From Catajapyx aquilonaris (Eukaryota): a stretch of DNA of 64,000 bases. Below, piece by piece: positions 1 through 13,427 of the stretch. The notes below the pieces were generated by a model. That model was not told the DNA's origin. It ran no database searches and saw nothing but the letters and a program-made list of their open reading frames with translations. How positions within the stretch are numbered: the first letter of the stretch is position 1; each line of letters begins with the position of its first letter. The stretch is from positions 1 to 64,000 of the forward strand of contig JYFJ02002038.1 of NCBI GenBank assembly GCA_000934665.2, read 5' to 3'. The translations under genes were made by a program, and so were the position numbers.

Positions 1-1486
1 TATAGTAATTTTTGTCCCCCCCACCTCCCACCCCCTTCCCTGAGAAGTACCCTTCATGTGCATAATTCATGATGTTCTGTTATGCCACTGCATTCCCCAT
101 CCCAAGAAACCTCTAGACCCCAAAAATCTCGCCGATAGCACTAATGATAGCTTCCTCAGGGCCTTCATAAAGTGGTCCATTCTTGACCTTTTGACCCCTG
201 TATCTCGAAAACGCTTGAGATCGAGGATTTCTCCAGAAGGGTGTTGTCCTTCTAGCTGATGAGGAACCCGAAAAAAAATATTGCACCTTGAACTTCGAGT
301 GACACTTCGAGAGGTTCCCTTGTCAGAAAGAAATCATATTTCATTCAAAAAAGTGGAATTTTTGAGTGAAGATATATTTTCACTCAAAAATTACATTTTC
401 ACTCGGAAAGAAAATATATTTTCATTCAAAAAGAGTTGAATTTTTGAGTGAAAATATATTTTCACTCAGAAAGAAAATGTTTTCATTCAAAATGAGTGGA
501 ATCAATATAGAGGTGGAAGAAAGACAGAAAAGTCACTCAATATGAGTGTAAATATATTTTTAACTCAAAAACGTGGAATCAATAGAGATGCAAGAAAGAC
601 AAAAGTCACTCAATATGAGTGGAATCCACTGAAAAAATTATATTAAAGAGATATAGTTACATATAGTTGCATATAGTAGGCCTAATGCAATTAATATGGG
701 TAGTGCACAGGAGCGACAAAAAGCAAATCCATTTAGACCCTTCAATATATTGTTGGAGGTGTCACATGGACACCACCGGTACTTTATTGTCCGGAGAACT
801 GCAATGGTGCAACCGTGCCCTCCACAAAGAAAATACCGGTAACACTTCCCCCTTTTTTCACATTGACATTACGCGTAACAGTATTTTCGAAATATAAAAA
901 AGAGAGTGAAAACCTGTCTCCTCTCACCTGGACATTATAGTTTTTTCAGTCTAATTTTTTTTTAAATAAAAAAGAGGTAGTGAATGCGGACGTGGGGCAC
1001 GCTCCAGTAGAGTCCCCCCCTTGGACAAGCAGGAACCGGATAATCACGACACTTCCTCTCTCTCTCTCCGGGGAGGTCAGCTGACGCCGGAAGTGACGCC
1101 GTCGACGTCAGCCCAGATTTCCTCTCTTTTGGGTCGAGAGTGGCCAGTGGGGGGGAAAAAAAACCACCCTCTTCTTCACCATTGCTACCCCCAACCTCCC
1201 TTCCAAATATTTGCGGATACACTTCAGCAGCCATTACCAAGCCCACTTCTCCGGACTGGAGGTGGACACCCGATACCCTCGATTTTTGGGGGGGCTGAAG
1301 AAGGACCCAGAGGACAGAGGACACCGTCTGGAGGACACGGGAGTCTATATTTGGACGGCACTCGACAGTGACCCTGATCTTGGGTCGAGGACATTGAAAT
1401 TGCACGTGGTTGCCACAGATATTTAAAAGGTGACCATGCCATAAAACGGGGATGAAAAGTTGCATATTTTGCGTGTTCAACTGCTG

Positions 1487-2251
1487 TACGAGCGCAACCG
1501 AGTGCGCACCACAGTTCGCGCAGCTTGCGACGTTGCCAAGGCTATGGAACGAACCTCAAAGCAGGGAGCATATACTACATACGAGGCGCAAACATTCTAC
1601 TTTTGCGTCTCTCTGTTTGGGGCGTTGCCAAGGCTGGCGGCCATTTTGAAGTGTGTGGAACGCCAACGAGGTGTACATTAGGGTACAGGCAAAAATAGGG
1701 TCTGCCATCTTTGATTCGCGCGTGTTCTTGCCTTTCTTGCCATGTAGTTGCCATGGCCGCCACAATCATCAAAGATGGCTGACCCTATTTTTGCCTGTAC
1801 CCTATTTATACCTCGTTGGCGTTCCACACACTTCAAACTGGCCGCCAGCCTTGGCAACGCCCCAAACAGAGAGACGCGAACATCAAAGGCGCCGACAGAA
1901 GTTTGCGCCTCTTATATGCTATACTTGGCCCGAGGTGTAATAAATAATAATGCATAAGGGCCGAATTCAGAGAGGTTTCTTAACTTAAACGCGCCCGATT
2001 AAATCCTTTAGTCATCCTCGATTAGCAAATTTAAAAGTGCTAGCAAGTGCGATTAGGGGGCGTTTAGCGCTAATCGCCGTCTTTGTATTAGCAGGTTGAT
2101 TAAATTTGCTAATCGAGGATGACTAAAGGATTTAATCGGGCGCGTTTACGTTAAGCAACCTCTCTGAATTCGGCCCTAAATTTTTTTGGCGACGTCGTTG
2201 TAAGAATAATGTTGCTGCGCGACTATGGGTGCACACTCGGTTGCGCTCGTA
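1487..2251. mobile_element. Composite foldback element hosting MITE copy 1
   Basis: Outer inverted repeat TACGAGCGCAACCGAGTG(C/T)GCAC at 1487 and 2251; inner ~110-bp inverted repeat 1605-1715 / 1768-1877; related fragment at about 3255-3385. Confidence 0.65.
1958..2176. mobile_element. PIF/Harbinger-like MITE, copy 1
   Basis: About 75-bp terminal inverted repeats GGGCCGAATTCAGAGAGG...CCTCTCTGAATTCGGCCC; 3-bp target-site duplication TAA (1955-1957 and 2177-2179). Confidence 0.85.
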
Positions 2252-3589
2252 AAAAATCATGCACAGAATTCATGCCTAGAGAATCCTGTACCGGTATATG
2301 AGGGTTCACTATGAGTCATCTATAAACACGATAAACGACCTGGCAACACTGGAAAAAACAAAACCAAAAATTTTCCTGTTGGCATTCTGCACATACTGAT
2401 CATCTCCGATGGTCCAGGTCAATATCATCAAAAAATAATGTGCTCTTTTGTGGTTGAAATTTTAGGCCCATATACCTTTAATTTTTTAGTTTTTATTCGG
2501 TGAGTTTCCCCACCGAGTAATTGCAGGGAAGATGTTGCTTTTAAACGAGCAATTTAGGCCTCGAAAATTAAATGCAGCGAAATTAAGCGAGGAAAACTGG
2601 CTCGGAGGGGTTGCCTTTTGGATGAGCCGAAGATTGTAATTTTGGTTGGGGGCTCCCTGGGTCCCCACCCCACATGCTCGTAAGTCGTAAGGAAGCACGA
2701 TCCGAGTACGTGCCCTGGATGTGGAAGCATTTTTCTGTGGCCTCACAACAGCAAATGGCCCTCGGCAACCTTATTTTCCAAAACGCGTGTAATTTAAGTC
2801 TGAAATAAACCTGAAAAACACGCCCTTGCAACTATTACCCGTGTTTAAGACCGTGACGTCAATCGTGCTTGTAAAGGGCACCAGTGGATATTTGTCTCAA
2901 ACTATAGAAACCGAGTGCGCACTGCATTTCGCAGAATCCAGGGTTGGCATTATCAATGACATCTGCTAAGCTGTCTGCTATAAATGACGGGTTTGTCGGT
3001 TTGAGATCAAAAACAGCCGAACACAAATACGTGCAGAAATTATGTATAGTAATGCCATTTGGTATTAATTACACACTGTTTATGTAGCTGAGCTGCGGAA
3101 ACATATGGACGTAAAAAGTTTCCAGATTGTACCAGTGAAAGTTAAGTAATCATCAGTTCTTGCTCATTTTCCGACCAATTTGTTAAAGTGAACTTGGCTT
3201 TTTCCAACTTGTTTCCAACGCTACACGTTTGGGGGGTACCAAATTGCTGACATATGCGACGTTGCCAAGGCTATGGAAGAGCCTCAGATGGCTACGGATG
3301 TGAATTATTTTTTTGGCTCTTGGAGAATAACTCAGGCAACAATGGAGCTGCGTGAGTGTGGTTGCGTACTCGGTTGCGCTCGTAAAAAATTCATCTATAT
3401 AGTATGACACTTTAGTACCTTTAGTGGGGGCTTAACGTCTGCCTATTTCTGCGTGGTCCTCCTCCTGGTCACTCTGGGGCCTCCTCCTGGCCACCCGGGG
3501 GATCTTTAACGTGCACTCGCGCAATGTCACACTAGTAGAATACTCGTTATTCGCACGGGAATTGAAGAATTTATATTGAACTGTAGTAG

Positions 3590-3895
3590 CTGACTCGTTG
3601 CCAAATTTTGGTGCCCCCTCCCCCTCCCCCTCCACTTGGACGTAGTACCATGTACCACTACCAGTTGGCGCATAGGCTCTCCTCTGCACCCTACTGCCGT
3701 GCTGAGAGGAAAAGTAGTATGCTACATGCACGTTGGTGATGAGTCACCGAGCGGACAAAGCCCACCAGGGTGCTACAACCATCATATGTCTCGCCTACAT
3801 TGAAGTGTGGGTCCTACCCTCTCTGACCGCTGTCCACTTACTGTTGAACTGGGACATACCGACAAACTTTGCCTTTTATAATTATATAAGATTAG
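3590..3895 (+). mobile_element. Non-autonomous Helitron/DINE-like family (other copies about 29400-29700, 33690-33767, 36595-36660, 37670-37862, 38670-39130)
   Basis: Shared blocks ACGTAGTACCAT, (T/C)AG(A/T)TGGCGC, TGATGA(G/C)TCACC..CGGACA and 3' end GACA(TAC)AAACTTT...TAAGAT. 3721-3767 is nearly identical to 29490-29536. The class assignment rests on the style of the 3' end only. Confidence 0.55.
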
Positions 3896-3930
3896 CAGAT
3901 GGCCCAGAGGCGGCGTATTTTTTGGGGTAT

Positions 3931-4007
3931 CGGACTTTTCGCCCCCGGACTTTTAGTCCCCGGCATATCCGCCCCGTGACAATTTCGCCCCCGGCATATT
4001 CGCCCCC
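3931..4007 (+). repeat. Five degenerate ~15-bp tandem units (consensus about GGACATTTCGCCCCC)
   Basis: Read directly; resembles subterminal repeats of DNA transposons. Confidence 0.6.
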
Positions 4008-7000
4008 AATAGCCAGCAACAGTGCGTCTTCATATCATTCTTTCGCTGAATAGCATCAGATGCAAGAAGGCGTGATTGGTTGAGGAAGAAGCGTGAGAGC
4101 TCGTGACCGACGAGACACACATAAACATGTACTTGGCACGTGCCCCTTCTGGCCATCCTATTCCAACTGATGGCATCATGTGGGTGGGTGGGTGGGTTAA
4201 CTGGTAGGGTGTGTCTGTGGAATAAGGTGAAGAGATAAGGAGAAGAAAAAAATAAGGAGAGGATCTGGGCGCTAAAGAGAAAGAGTGGTCTCACATGCTG
4301 TGCATGCACTGCACACACTCTGGGCAGAAGCAACACATAGACACGCATACACCTGCTGATGCTGGCTACCTTTTGGCTGCTGACGGACCGGGTTCGTTGC
4401 CCTCCATCCAGTTTCCAGTTTTTCGCCAACCCAAACCGACCAACAGATGGACCCCACTGGAATAATTGCAACCACTCTTTAGCACCACCAGCAATGTGCC
4501 ATTTTCATCTCTTTTCCATATGGACTCTGTTTATGATGGCCAGAGTTGGTTGTTGCAATGAGGTGGTGATATTGGGCGAGCCAGCTGATTTATAATTGAA
4601 TAAGTCTGGGGGCCAAAACCCTTCCAAAAGCGATCTTCCGTCCTTCCGATGGGGGGTGAGTCAGTCAGTCGGCCTGAACGAACCTCGCCTAAAATTGGTC
4701 ACAACCTGTGCGTGGTCTCCATATTTATGAGGAATAGGTCAGTGTATCGCTGGCCAGCCAAATTGTATAAATCACTGCACTTCCGCTGTCTTTGCAGCAG
4801 GGCATCGACCCAATGCCCAAACATACTGTGCAATACTGCATCTGATGGACACAAAACTGGTTGCGTAAGCTGCGTTCAAATGCGAAAATTTGCAAAAAGT
4901 GTGTGGAGCAACTCTGGTGTCAATCACAGGATTTGCACAAATCCGTTACTTTTTGACTGGTTTCGGGTGTGTGTGTCTATAGTAATGTTCTTTTCCAGCT
5001 TCCAGTTTTTTTTTTGCGTCTCTCTTTCAATTTGTTGTCATGATTTTGATCCGAGAGGGGGGCAGGCTTGACATTGACACGGCTCGACAACCGAATCCCC
5101 GAGTCGCGACTCAAAGGCGTTAATTTCCATTTGGAGCAACATAGACCCCCCCCCCCCTCCTCTCTCCTGATGCCCTCTGACCCCCCCTCTCTTGGTTTCC
5201 AAACCGTGTGAATAAAGTTACAACCGAAAAGTGGCCCTCGCCCCACACCTTTTTTTTCACCTTCCTGGTCTCTCATTTTCCTTTTTGTACTATTTTCCTC
5301 TCTTATATGATGTTGCCTTCCCCCCTTTTCTATATGTTTTCTAACGTTTTCCGACCCCCCCATCTTTTGTGAATAAGGACCGACCTGTATACCCCTTTTA
5401 ATGGAAATCACGTGCCCTTCTCAAATTCGCCCTCATTATTTTCTCATTATAACATGCAGGAACACTCGAAATTTGTACGTTACACCAAGTATGCATCGAG
5501 CAAGTGGGGAAGCTACTCTTTTCCCATACCCTATAAAAATTCACATCATGAATATTTTGCAGTAGCAGCAGTTCCTCCCATGAAGTTTTGCGCCAAAATT
5601 TTCAACGGATTTAATGCAAAAAAAAAGTGGTATCTAAATCGTCTGAAATTATTGGGAATGAAGACTATTGTATAGTTGAGATCCTCTCAGTATCCTCTTT
5701 ATTTAAAAAAAATCGAGTGAAAATTTCACTCGAGAAAGGAAACATTTCGCAAAAATGCTATTTTTGAGTGAATTTCATTCCGTACATCGAGTGGATAATT
5801 AGTCGAAAGAAGAGTGAAAAATAGTATAGAATAAAGCTACTCTTTCAATGATTGAAATACGATCGTAATATACTAATTTTTGAGTGAAAATGCTTTTCAC
5901 TCAAAACGAGTGGAAGGCAAACCAAGTGGAAGAAATAGAAAAAATCACTCATTTAGAGTGGAAATACCACTCGAAAATTTTAAGAGCGTAAACAATAATA
6001 AAGATAATCGGCTCATTTTTTTGATTGGCACAGCAGAAGTTTTCTTCAATTATGTGTCTGTGGAGACAATGCTTTTGGATAAGATTTTTTTGGGGTATGA
6101 CTTCAGTTACTGGTCCATTCCTGATTGGCTGCAATCAAATCAGTCAGTCATTATATGGATAAACCAAGCATATTAACCGCAGGGGGACCGCAACGGTGGC
6201 TAATTTTTCTTGCAATTTGATGTAAGGAGTGGGGGTCCATGGTAATGAAGGCAATTAAAATGGGTTGGTTTGGTTTGGGGGGGGGGATCTGGGATCTGAA
6301 GGGTTGAGCTAATTCCGGAAGCTGCTCCGGATTTTTGACAGTGAGAAGCCGCCGGGATCTTTTGAGAGGGGCAGCTGTGACCCTTTTTGACAGGAAGGAC
6401 GGAAAGGGGACGACTGGATTTTTCCGTCACTCAAAAGTCCGACTGTTTGTCACCGGTTTTCTTCGGGCCTCGATCCCCTTGGTATAGTCCCCCCCCCCCT
6501 CCCCTTTTCTGTTTGGTGTCTCTAGACTTTTGCAGTTGCGCTTTTCCACACGGATAAGTACAAACCGTGCTGGTGGTTACACAGGAGAGCCCCCCCATGA
6601 AAGAAGGGTAGGTGAACTTCACAATTGATAAGGACTGGTTGGGTGTCAATCGTGGATGAGAGAGAGAGTATATGCCTCCGTCCAGATATTGCAAAAAAAT
6701 TTGTCCTGGTATAGGAGGAGGGGGGAAAAGGACACGACCTTTATTGGAGTCCTTCAGAGTGGAATTTAATCCCCGTATCCGAAAAGTCCCCCCCTGTCGG
6801 ATCACAATGAACGTCACCTAGGCTCACTTGCAAGTTTTCCGTGGGATATTCAAATGGGAATCGAAATTCATCACGCAGGCGGTGTATGTGTCCCCCCATC
6901 TCTTTTCATACGTCGCACGGTCCAAAAACTGGCAATCAGCGGTTAGGACCTCGGTTAGAAGGACGGTTAATTGCCATTTGCACTTCAATAAGGGTTCGAT

Positions 7001-7028
7001 AAGGGGGGGGCCAACACCGCACACTAGT

Positions 7029-7515
7029 AAAAAAAATTCGAGTGAAAATTTCACTCAAGAACGAAGCAATTTCGCAAAATGCTCCTTATTAAGTGAATTT
7101 CACTCCGTAAAGATCACATCGAGTGGAGAATTATTCCAAAGAAGAGTGCCGAAAAAGAGTGGAAGGCTACTCTTTCAGTGAGTAAAAATAACTCGAGTGA
7201 TTGCGTTTTTTTGACTCAAAACGAGTGGAAGGGAAACCAAGTGGAAGAAAGAGTATCGTTTTGAGTGGAAAACACTCAAACATTTTAGTGTTTTCCACTC
7301 AAAATTATATTCTCCCACTTGGTTTGCCTTCCACACGTTTTGAGTGAACAGCACAATTTCACTCACTGAAAGAGTAGCCCTCCACTCTTTTTCACTCTTA
7401 TTTCGAATAATTTCTTCACTCGACGTGAGTTAAAGTAAAATCTATACGGAGTGAAATTCCCTCAAATAGCATTTTGCGAAATTGCTATTTTCTCGTGAGA
7501 AAATTTCAGTCGAAA
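7029..7515. repeat. AT-rich GAGT/ACTC-motif interspersed family, here a head-to-head dimer (other copies about 326-640, 5704-5986, 28261-28580, 33993-34358)
   Basis: Shared start AAAAATT(T)CGAGTGAAAATTTCACTC..GCAATTTCGCAAAAT; palindrome centre TTGAGTGGAAAACACT..AGTGTTTTCCACTCAA at 7261-7302. Confidence 0.75.
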
Positions 7516-10500
7516 CAATGTAAGCGGGAAAAACGCCAAATTCGCGAGTAGAGTGTCTGCCTAGTTATCATTTTATCAGCGGCAACCAGACCAATTAAAC
7601 CCACCGCTTGCATTAAACCGAGCTGTTAAGAAACGTTTGCAAAACCTTATCGAGTGGCAGGTGACAAGACACGAGTATATAGCGAGCGGCAAACATTTGA
7701 TCGGCGATTTCACGGGTTCCCTTTGTTTCCCCCCACAGAAACACTGGTTGGCACGATCCGCCTCCTTTTATTGTCTCCTTTAATCTCTTAACCTGAGGAG
7801 GCAAGTGGTCGCCTCTACAGAAGACTTTTCTCGACTATCTTCAAGAGATAGCAAGCCCCGCAAAAGAAAAAGGTAGCTCTTATCTCCGGCTGGTGGCACA
7901 AGCCTCGGGCCTCTGACGCCCACCCACAAACAACTTTTGAGAAAAGGATTTGTGTTTTTCTCCCAACCCTTCAACTCAGGTGCCCTCAGGCTATGCTGGG
8001 GAGTGCGCCGGACACACTTTTCCTCTCGGTACAGCAGCCCCCTTTTTGGTTCGCCTGAAAAGATAGGCACACAATCTATCCCTTGTTTGTGGCCTTGGTT
8101 TTTGTTAGAATAGGAACCCAAAGTTTTCGGCGAGGCTTGTTTTTCAAAAATAAAATCTCCAGTCCGTCCCCTTTAGGCCCCGTGCTAAATATATGGGGCC
8201 TCGATGGATGGCCAAACATGTTTGTCACTTCTAACCTTCTCGTTTCACGCGACTCACCCTTTTGGCCGCGCCTCCACCCCAAAAAATATTTTCCAGCATG
8301 GATTCAAAGATTTTTCGGGGGTCCGGATTGAAAAACCGTCTCTCTGGTAGACTATGGGAGATGACACATCTGCAGCCCTTTTCTTTCTAGCCCCAGCGAC
8401 CAACCCAGCAGCACCTTTTCCCGTGTATTAATCCCTCAACGGAAAAATCCTATTCCAAGTTGCGCCCGTGCGTTTTTGCTCACTACGCAAAAGTTTTACG
8501 CTGGGAAAGAGCGCAACTGACACTGCTGTTGTGTCAACCGGTTCGTGGAGAGATGTAGAATTCCCATGTGGAAATGTTCACACGCAATGGGGGCTCCACA
8601 TCGGTTTCCCTTTTTTCAGATTAAAAAGAGTGTCGATAAGGATCATGCAGAGGGGGTCAGTTGGCTCTCAACTGATTCAATTACGTTTCAATGACCATTT
8701 ACTGTGGTCTGATCCGAAAGAGATACTCTTGGTAACACGGAAACGGAAAAGATGGGCCTGCATGTTCTGTGTGGCCAGTACACACTAAAATGTCGTTACA
8801 CATAGATCACTTTGCTATATACGGCCTATACAAAGTGAACAAAATACATTTCCACCGGTGCAAATCTGAATAATCTTATGGTTAGTGTATACATTCCGCC
8901 GGGAAACATACAGCGGACACTTCCCAGGATGTGTAGTTATTTCTGAAGGAGACGCAAGGTATAACACACAATTTTGGGCCCGGATGCGATAAATCGTGTA
9001 ATAAATCAATCAGATTAGCAGAATGGAAAACCCAGAATGATCTAGTAATCTAATAAGCATATCACCAGATTTATGTTCACGCATCGTAGCTGATGTTTTC
9101 ATGTGGCACGTATCTTGAAAGGCCTTATAAAATGAACAGACTTGCAATAAAAAGACGAATTGTTACCGTATTATAGCTTATCAGTTATCACTTATATCCA
9201 AATCCCTCAGAAATTAACTCTGCAATAACTCCAAAAATAAAATAATAATTTATTGTCTCGGGCATGAATGGACAGTCTTCTGCTCTTATCATATACAGTA
9301 TAGTATTCAATACCGGTATGTTTCTCTTCAACAGTTATATAAGTTTTTTAAACCTTATTTACCAGACATGTACGTATACACTGAAATAAACAGTCACGTG
9401 CAAAGACAAATCAACATTAATCCTAATAACTGCACAGGAGCAACCCTTGCAAAGTTTTGGTCAATTGAAACCATTGATGCACTTTTCCATATACCATAAC
9501 GTGGAAACAAAAAAAAAAAACTTCAAACGCGAATATCCGTCTCGAAATGACAAAAAGCCGAGAGACAGGGTTTTCGGACCGTCAGATGTCCTCTGTCATC
9601 CCAAATACTGCCGGCAGGGAAATGAATACACAATATAACATTTTTATACACAATTTTTATACACAATGTGCTATAGGTGGTTTTGGTATATAGCGAAGGA
9701 AAGATTTCCTGTTTCTTTGCAGGCAGAAAGCAGACGCCTGAAAAGCCGCTGGAAAACGTGAGGGTCGCATGGAATAACATGCACAGTATTACTGTAATTT
9801 TCAGTATTTTTAAAACAATTGCTCAATGAATCCAATATTGCGTGAAACAAGAACCGGCTGAGTTCAATAATTATTGTTTTTATTTCGACAGATGGTCAAA
9901 ATGCACTTGGAATATTGTTGAGCGCGTGCTGCAGTTGAGACAAATCAACAGTAATGTTAACTCTCCTCCGACATAAGCCAATATGTACATGAGGGAAGGC
10001 AACTGACTGATTTGGTACATAAACAGACAACACTCAGGCGTAATCTAAGAAAAAAACGAGACTTTTTGTAACCACTCGCGCGCCTCACAGCTTCATATCT
10101 GAGACGCCGTCGCGGTCGTAAAGCATCCAGTCTGAGTGTGATAAAGTCAAAGTGATTTCAGGAATTACACACACACACAAAAAAAGACGAGGCGCGAGAT
10201 ATTTTATAGAGGCTCTTTTCCTACCGTTATCTTGGAAAAAGCGCGCGAGTCACCACCTTTTACTATTATACTCTTTTTTATCTCAGCTTGCTCACCTGTG
10301 AGAGAGATGCGCCAAGAGAGGTGTTTACCTTTCTAATAGTGCCGTGTGATGTGAATTCAAAAAGGCCGCCCGATTGTGGCCAAAAAGGCGCATGCGCATC
10401 CAACATGGCGCCCACCATTGATGCGCCCCTTTTTTTTTTTGGTAAATGAATCCCTCCTCTCCTCGACTTATATATAATATATATTTTTTTGTTTGTGTAA

Positions 10501-11099
10501 AAAGATGGGATATTCCGTTGGGTGGATACGTGAGCTGAGAGCCGAGCGAGAATAAACGGGGCGGCAGAGAAACCGTCCTTTGTCATGTAAATGGTTTTTG
10601 GTGGTGGGGGGGATGAGGGAGGCCTAAAATGTCCCCCACTCTCCGAACCGTTACCAACCCCTGCCTTGCCTGCCTTGCGCGCCTCTATAGTAGATATACG
10701 ACCTTTTGTAATTAGAAGGTGGGGGGAGGGGGTGTTACATAGGAGGAGGTAAGGGTGGGGGAAGAGTGAGATTTAAAAAAAAAAAAGACGAGGGGGTTAT
10801 ATGGGGGAGGAGGGTTATAATATGATCAAAACGCGGTACAAATTGAATTAACCCGTCGCTAATTACATCAAGCAGTCATTTTGCGGAGATATCACATCGA
10901 ATCACCGGAAATCTCGCAGGAAGTTGAAAATGAAGTAAATCACTCTACGGTAATGAAAGACTATCAACCCTTGTTTAAAAGAAAAATGGCTTACATAATT
11001 ACACTTGCTGCACTCTTCACATTTCTTCAGGCAGCAGCAGCTCTAATTAAGGAGGGGGGAGGAATCTCGGTTTATGTATTACCGTATTACCTCACTTAA

Positions 11100-11595
11100 A
11101 GGGACACTCCACTCAAAATACAAGTTTGGCTCTAAATATCGGGCAAAAAAATCCTGATTCCGAGGGTGTAAGCAGTTTTCCTGAGAGACGAACGGTAAGG
11201 GCGAGCCCTCAAAGTTCGGCAATTCGAATCTGGCGCAAAAGAGCAGCGCCTCTCCCGGATCTGGGCAGAAATTGGGATAATCCTCAGCCATCTTTGGTCT
11301 ACACCAGTCGACGCCATCTTTGGTCCGTGCCACAGTCTTCATCCGGCCACCTCCCGACCAGACCCGACTTTCAGATCGAAACCAGTTTCGCCTAGTATCC
11401 GGTGGCGGCGCGGACTAGTGGGATGGGCTAGACAGGCGGGGCAGCTCATTTAGCAGACGACGCAAATTCTGAGACTTTGACGGCTTGCCCTGGCCTTACC
11501 GTTTGTCTACCAGAAAAACTGCTTATACCCTCGGAATCTGAATTTTTAGCCCGATTTTTAGAGACCAACTTGTTTTTTTTGAGTGGAATGTCCCT
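11100..11595. mobile_element. Kolobok-like (T2-type) MITE
   Basis: Termini TTAA|AGGGACA...TGTCCCT|TTAA, about 105-bp imperfect TIRs, TTAA TSD at 11096-11099 and 11596-11599. Confidence 0.75.
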
Positions 11596-12942
11596 TTAAA
11601 GCGGCATGCCGGTATAACCCGCGGGGGTGGCCGGAATGCCTCAATAACCGAGGTAGATTTCCATCATTTTGATCTAATAAGTACTATGCCCGGTTGAAGG
11701 GACAACATGGCATTATGCAGTACATCACGAGAAAAGATGCAATCGGCACTTACTGACATCATTTGCTTGATTAGCTTTGGTGCAGATATTGCGTTGACAC
11801 GCTCGTACGAATCGGCCATTTCCATTAGGGCCAGGAGCCAAAGCTGACTAAAAATGATTGGAATTGGCTGGGCTGCGAACAACACAACTTTTTAATCGCC
11901 CAGGTAGGTGTTTGCATCTTCAACAAAATAATATAGTCGAAAGCGGGCGAAATGAGGCAGCTGGCTAACCCTCGTCACGTTTCATCGGTTATTATTAATA
12001 GTCCGGCAGCACAGTATGGAGAAGAAGAGAGTGTCCGATTGGCGAGTGAGCAGCTGATGCTGCTGTGGGAGGGATGAAGAAGAGTCGTGATCCTACCTTC
12101 CGTTTATCTCACTCTTACCAGGTTTCAAATCATTATTCACCACTCCCCCTCCAACAACATGATTTATTAACACCCCATCCTGCTCGACCCTTTTTCCATC
12201 ATCCCCATGGGCCAACCCTTTTTCTTAAAAAAAAAAATACGAGGTGGCAAAAAAAATGGCGAGCAAGACTCGCACGACCGAACGTAACTATTGCAATTAG
12301 TCTCAGATTGCTAAAAAAAATCGGGGGTGTCCACAAGACTGGTTTAGCTACGGGGAAAAGTGCTGGCAACGTCGCACAAAAAAATTGTAAATGGAGGGTG
12401 GCTTTTTGCCCCCCCCNNNCCCCCTCCCACCCTTCTTTTTCTTTCGGGCCGACACACAAGGAGGGTTAGGCGCACGACGCAAGTCTCTTTTGTCCCTCCC
12501 TGGACGCGTGCGCACCAACTCAGCCTTGGAGATAACGCAGTGCACGTGTCAGAACCACCTATACACTCTCTACTCGTACTAAAACACACGTGTGCAGGCA
12601 ACGGACACACACACTGGGACACTTCCGACTCGGCCTCTAGAATGACCGTGCAAATTATGTGTTTTTCTGCGCAGAATATATGCGGCGGGACACCTTACTC
12701 TCCTTTGACGGAATCAGCCTTTCACACCTGACAGTTGGGGCGCAGCTAGAATCGGATACGGGACGAAAAAGAGGAGGATTTTTTTAAAGGTTTTAATAAA
12801 GCACGGGGTGATTAGTAATTGCACGACCAAAAGTAAACCACTCGATTCTGTGAGGCAGGAGTAATGCAAAATGTAGAGTGACCAAATGTAGTAGAGGCCA
12901 TAATAAGAGAAAAAAAAAGCACGCACGAAATATGGCATTGTA

Positions 12943-13334
12943 CAGTGCTGGACAAATAGCCGTCGCTGAATGTCTTTTTTTTCCGGCGGCGGGCGTTACC
13001 TGGCAACCCTGTCCTGCGGGTCAATTCAAACATCAGCACATGGAGAGCGCTTCCATTGTTGCCACTGTTTACAAATCGAGTGAGTGACGCGGACGACCCA
13101 GCGACGGGTCTCTTCTGTCTGCTTACACAGTATCTGCAGGGATATATGCAGGAGAAAACGGGGAAAATAATGATGTTAGAAGCAATAAGTGATTTTGTGG
13201 TCACTCACTCGATTTGTAAACAGTGGCAACAATGGAAGCGCTCTCCATGGCCCGCCGGACGGGGTTGCCAGGTAACGCCGCCGCCGTCGCCGCCGAAAAA
13301 AAACATTCGGCGACGGCTAATTTGTCCAGCACTG
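12943..13334. mobile_element. Tc1/mariner-like MITE
   Basis: TA|CAGTGCTGGACAAA...TTTGTCCAGCACTG|TA with long imperfect inverted arms including a perfect ~48-bp segment (CATGGAGAGCGCTTCCATTGTTGCCACTGTTTACAAATCGAGTGAGTGAC). Confidence 0.85.
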
Positions 13335-13367
13335 TACAACTATTAGTAGCATAGCAGCAGCAGCAGC

Positions 13368-13370
13368 AAA

Positions 13371-13425
<55 letters not shown>

Positions 13426-13427
13426 AT
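13368..13427 (+). repeat. (AAAT)15 microsatellite
   Basis: Read directly from the sequence. Confidence 0.95.

Noticed and set aside
255..275. CTGATGAGGAACCCGAAA, resembling a minimal hammerhead core
   Set aside because: No stem III or cleavage triplet could be formed (it is followed by an A-run); it lies in what looks like a transposon-end fragment.
3733..3770. Hammerhead-ribozyme-like TGATGA-GTC..GAC-AAA (also about 29503, 37746, 38715)
   Set aside because: No copy has both the CUGAUGA and GAAA catalytic boxes with pairing stems I and III; better explained as a conserved block of a DNA repeat family.
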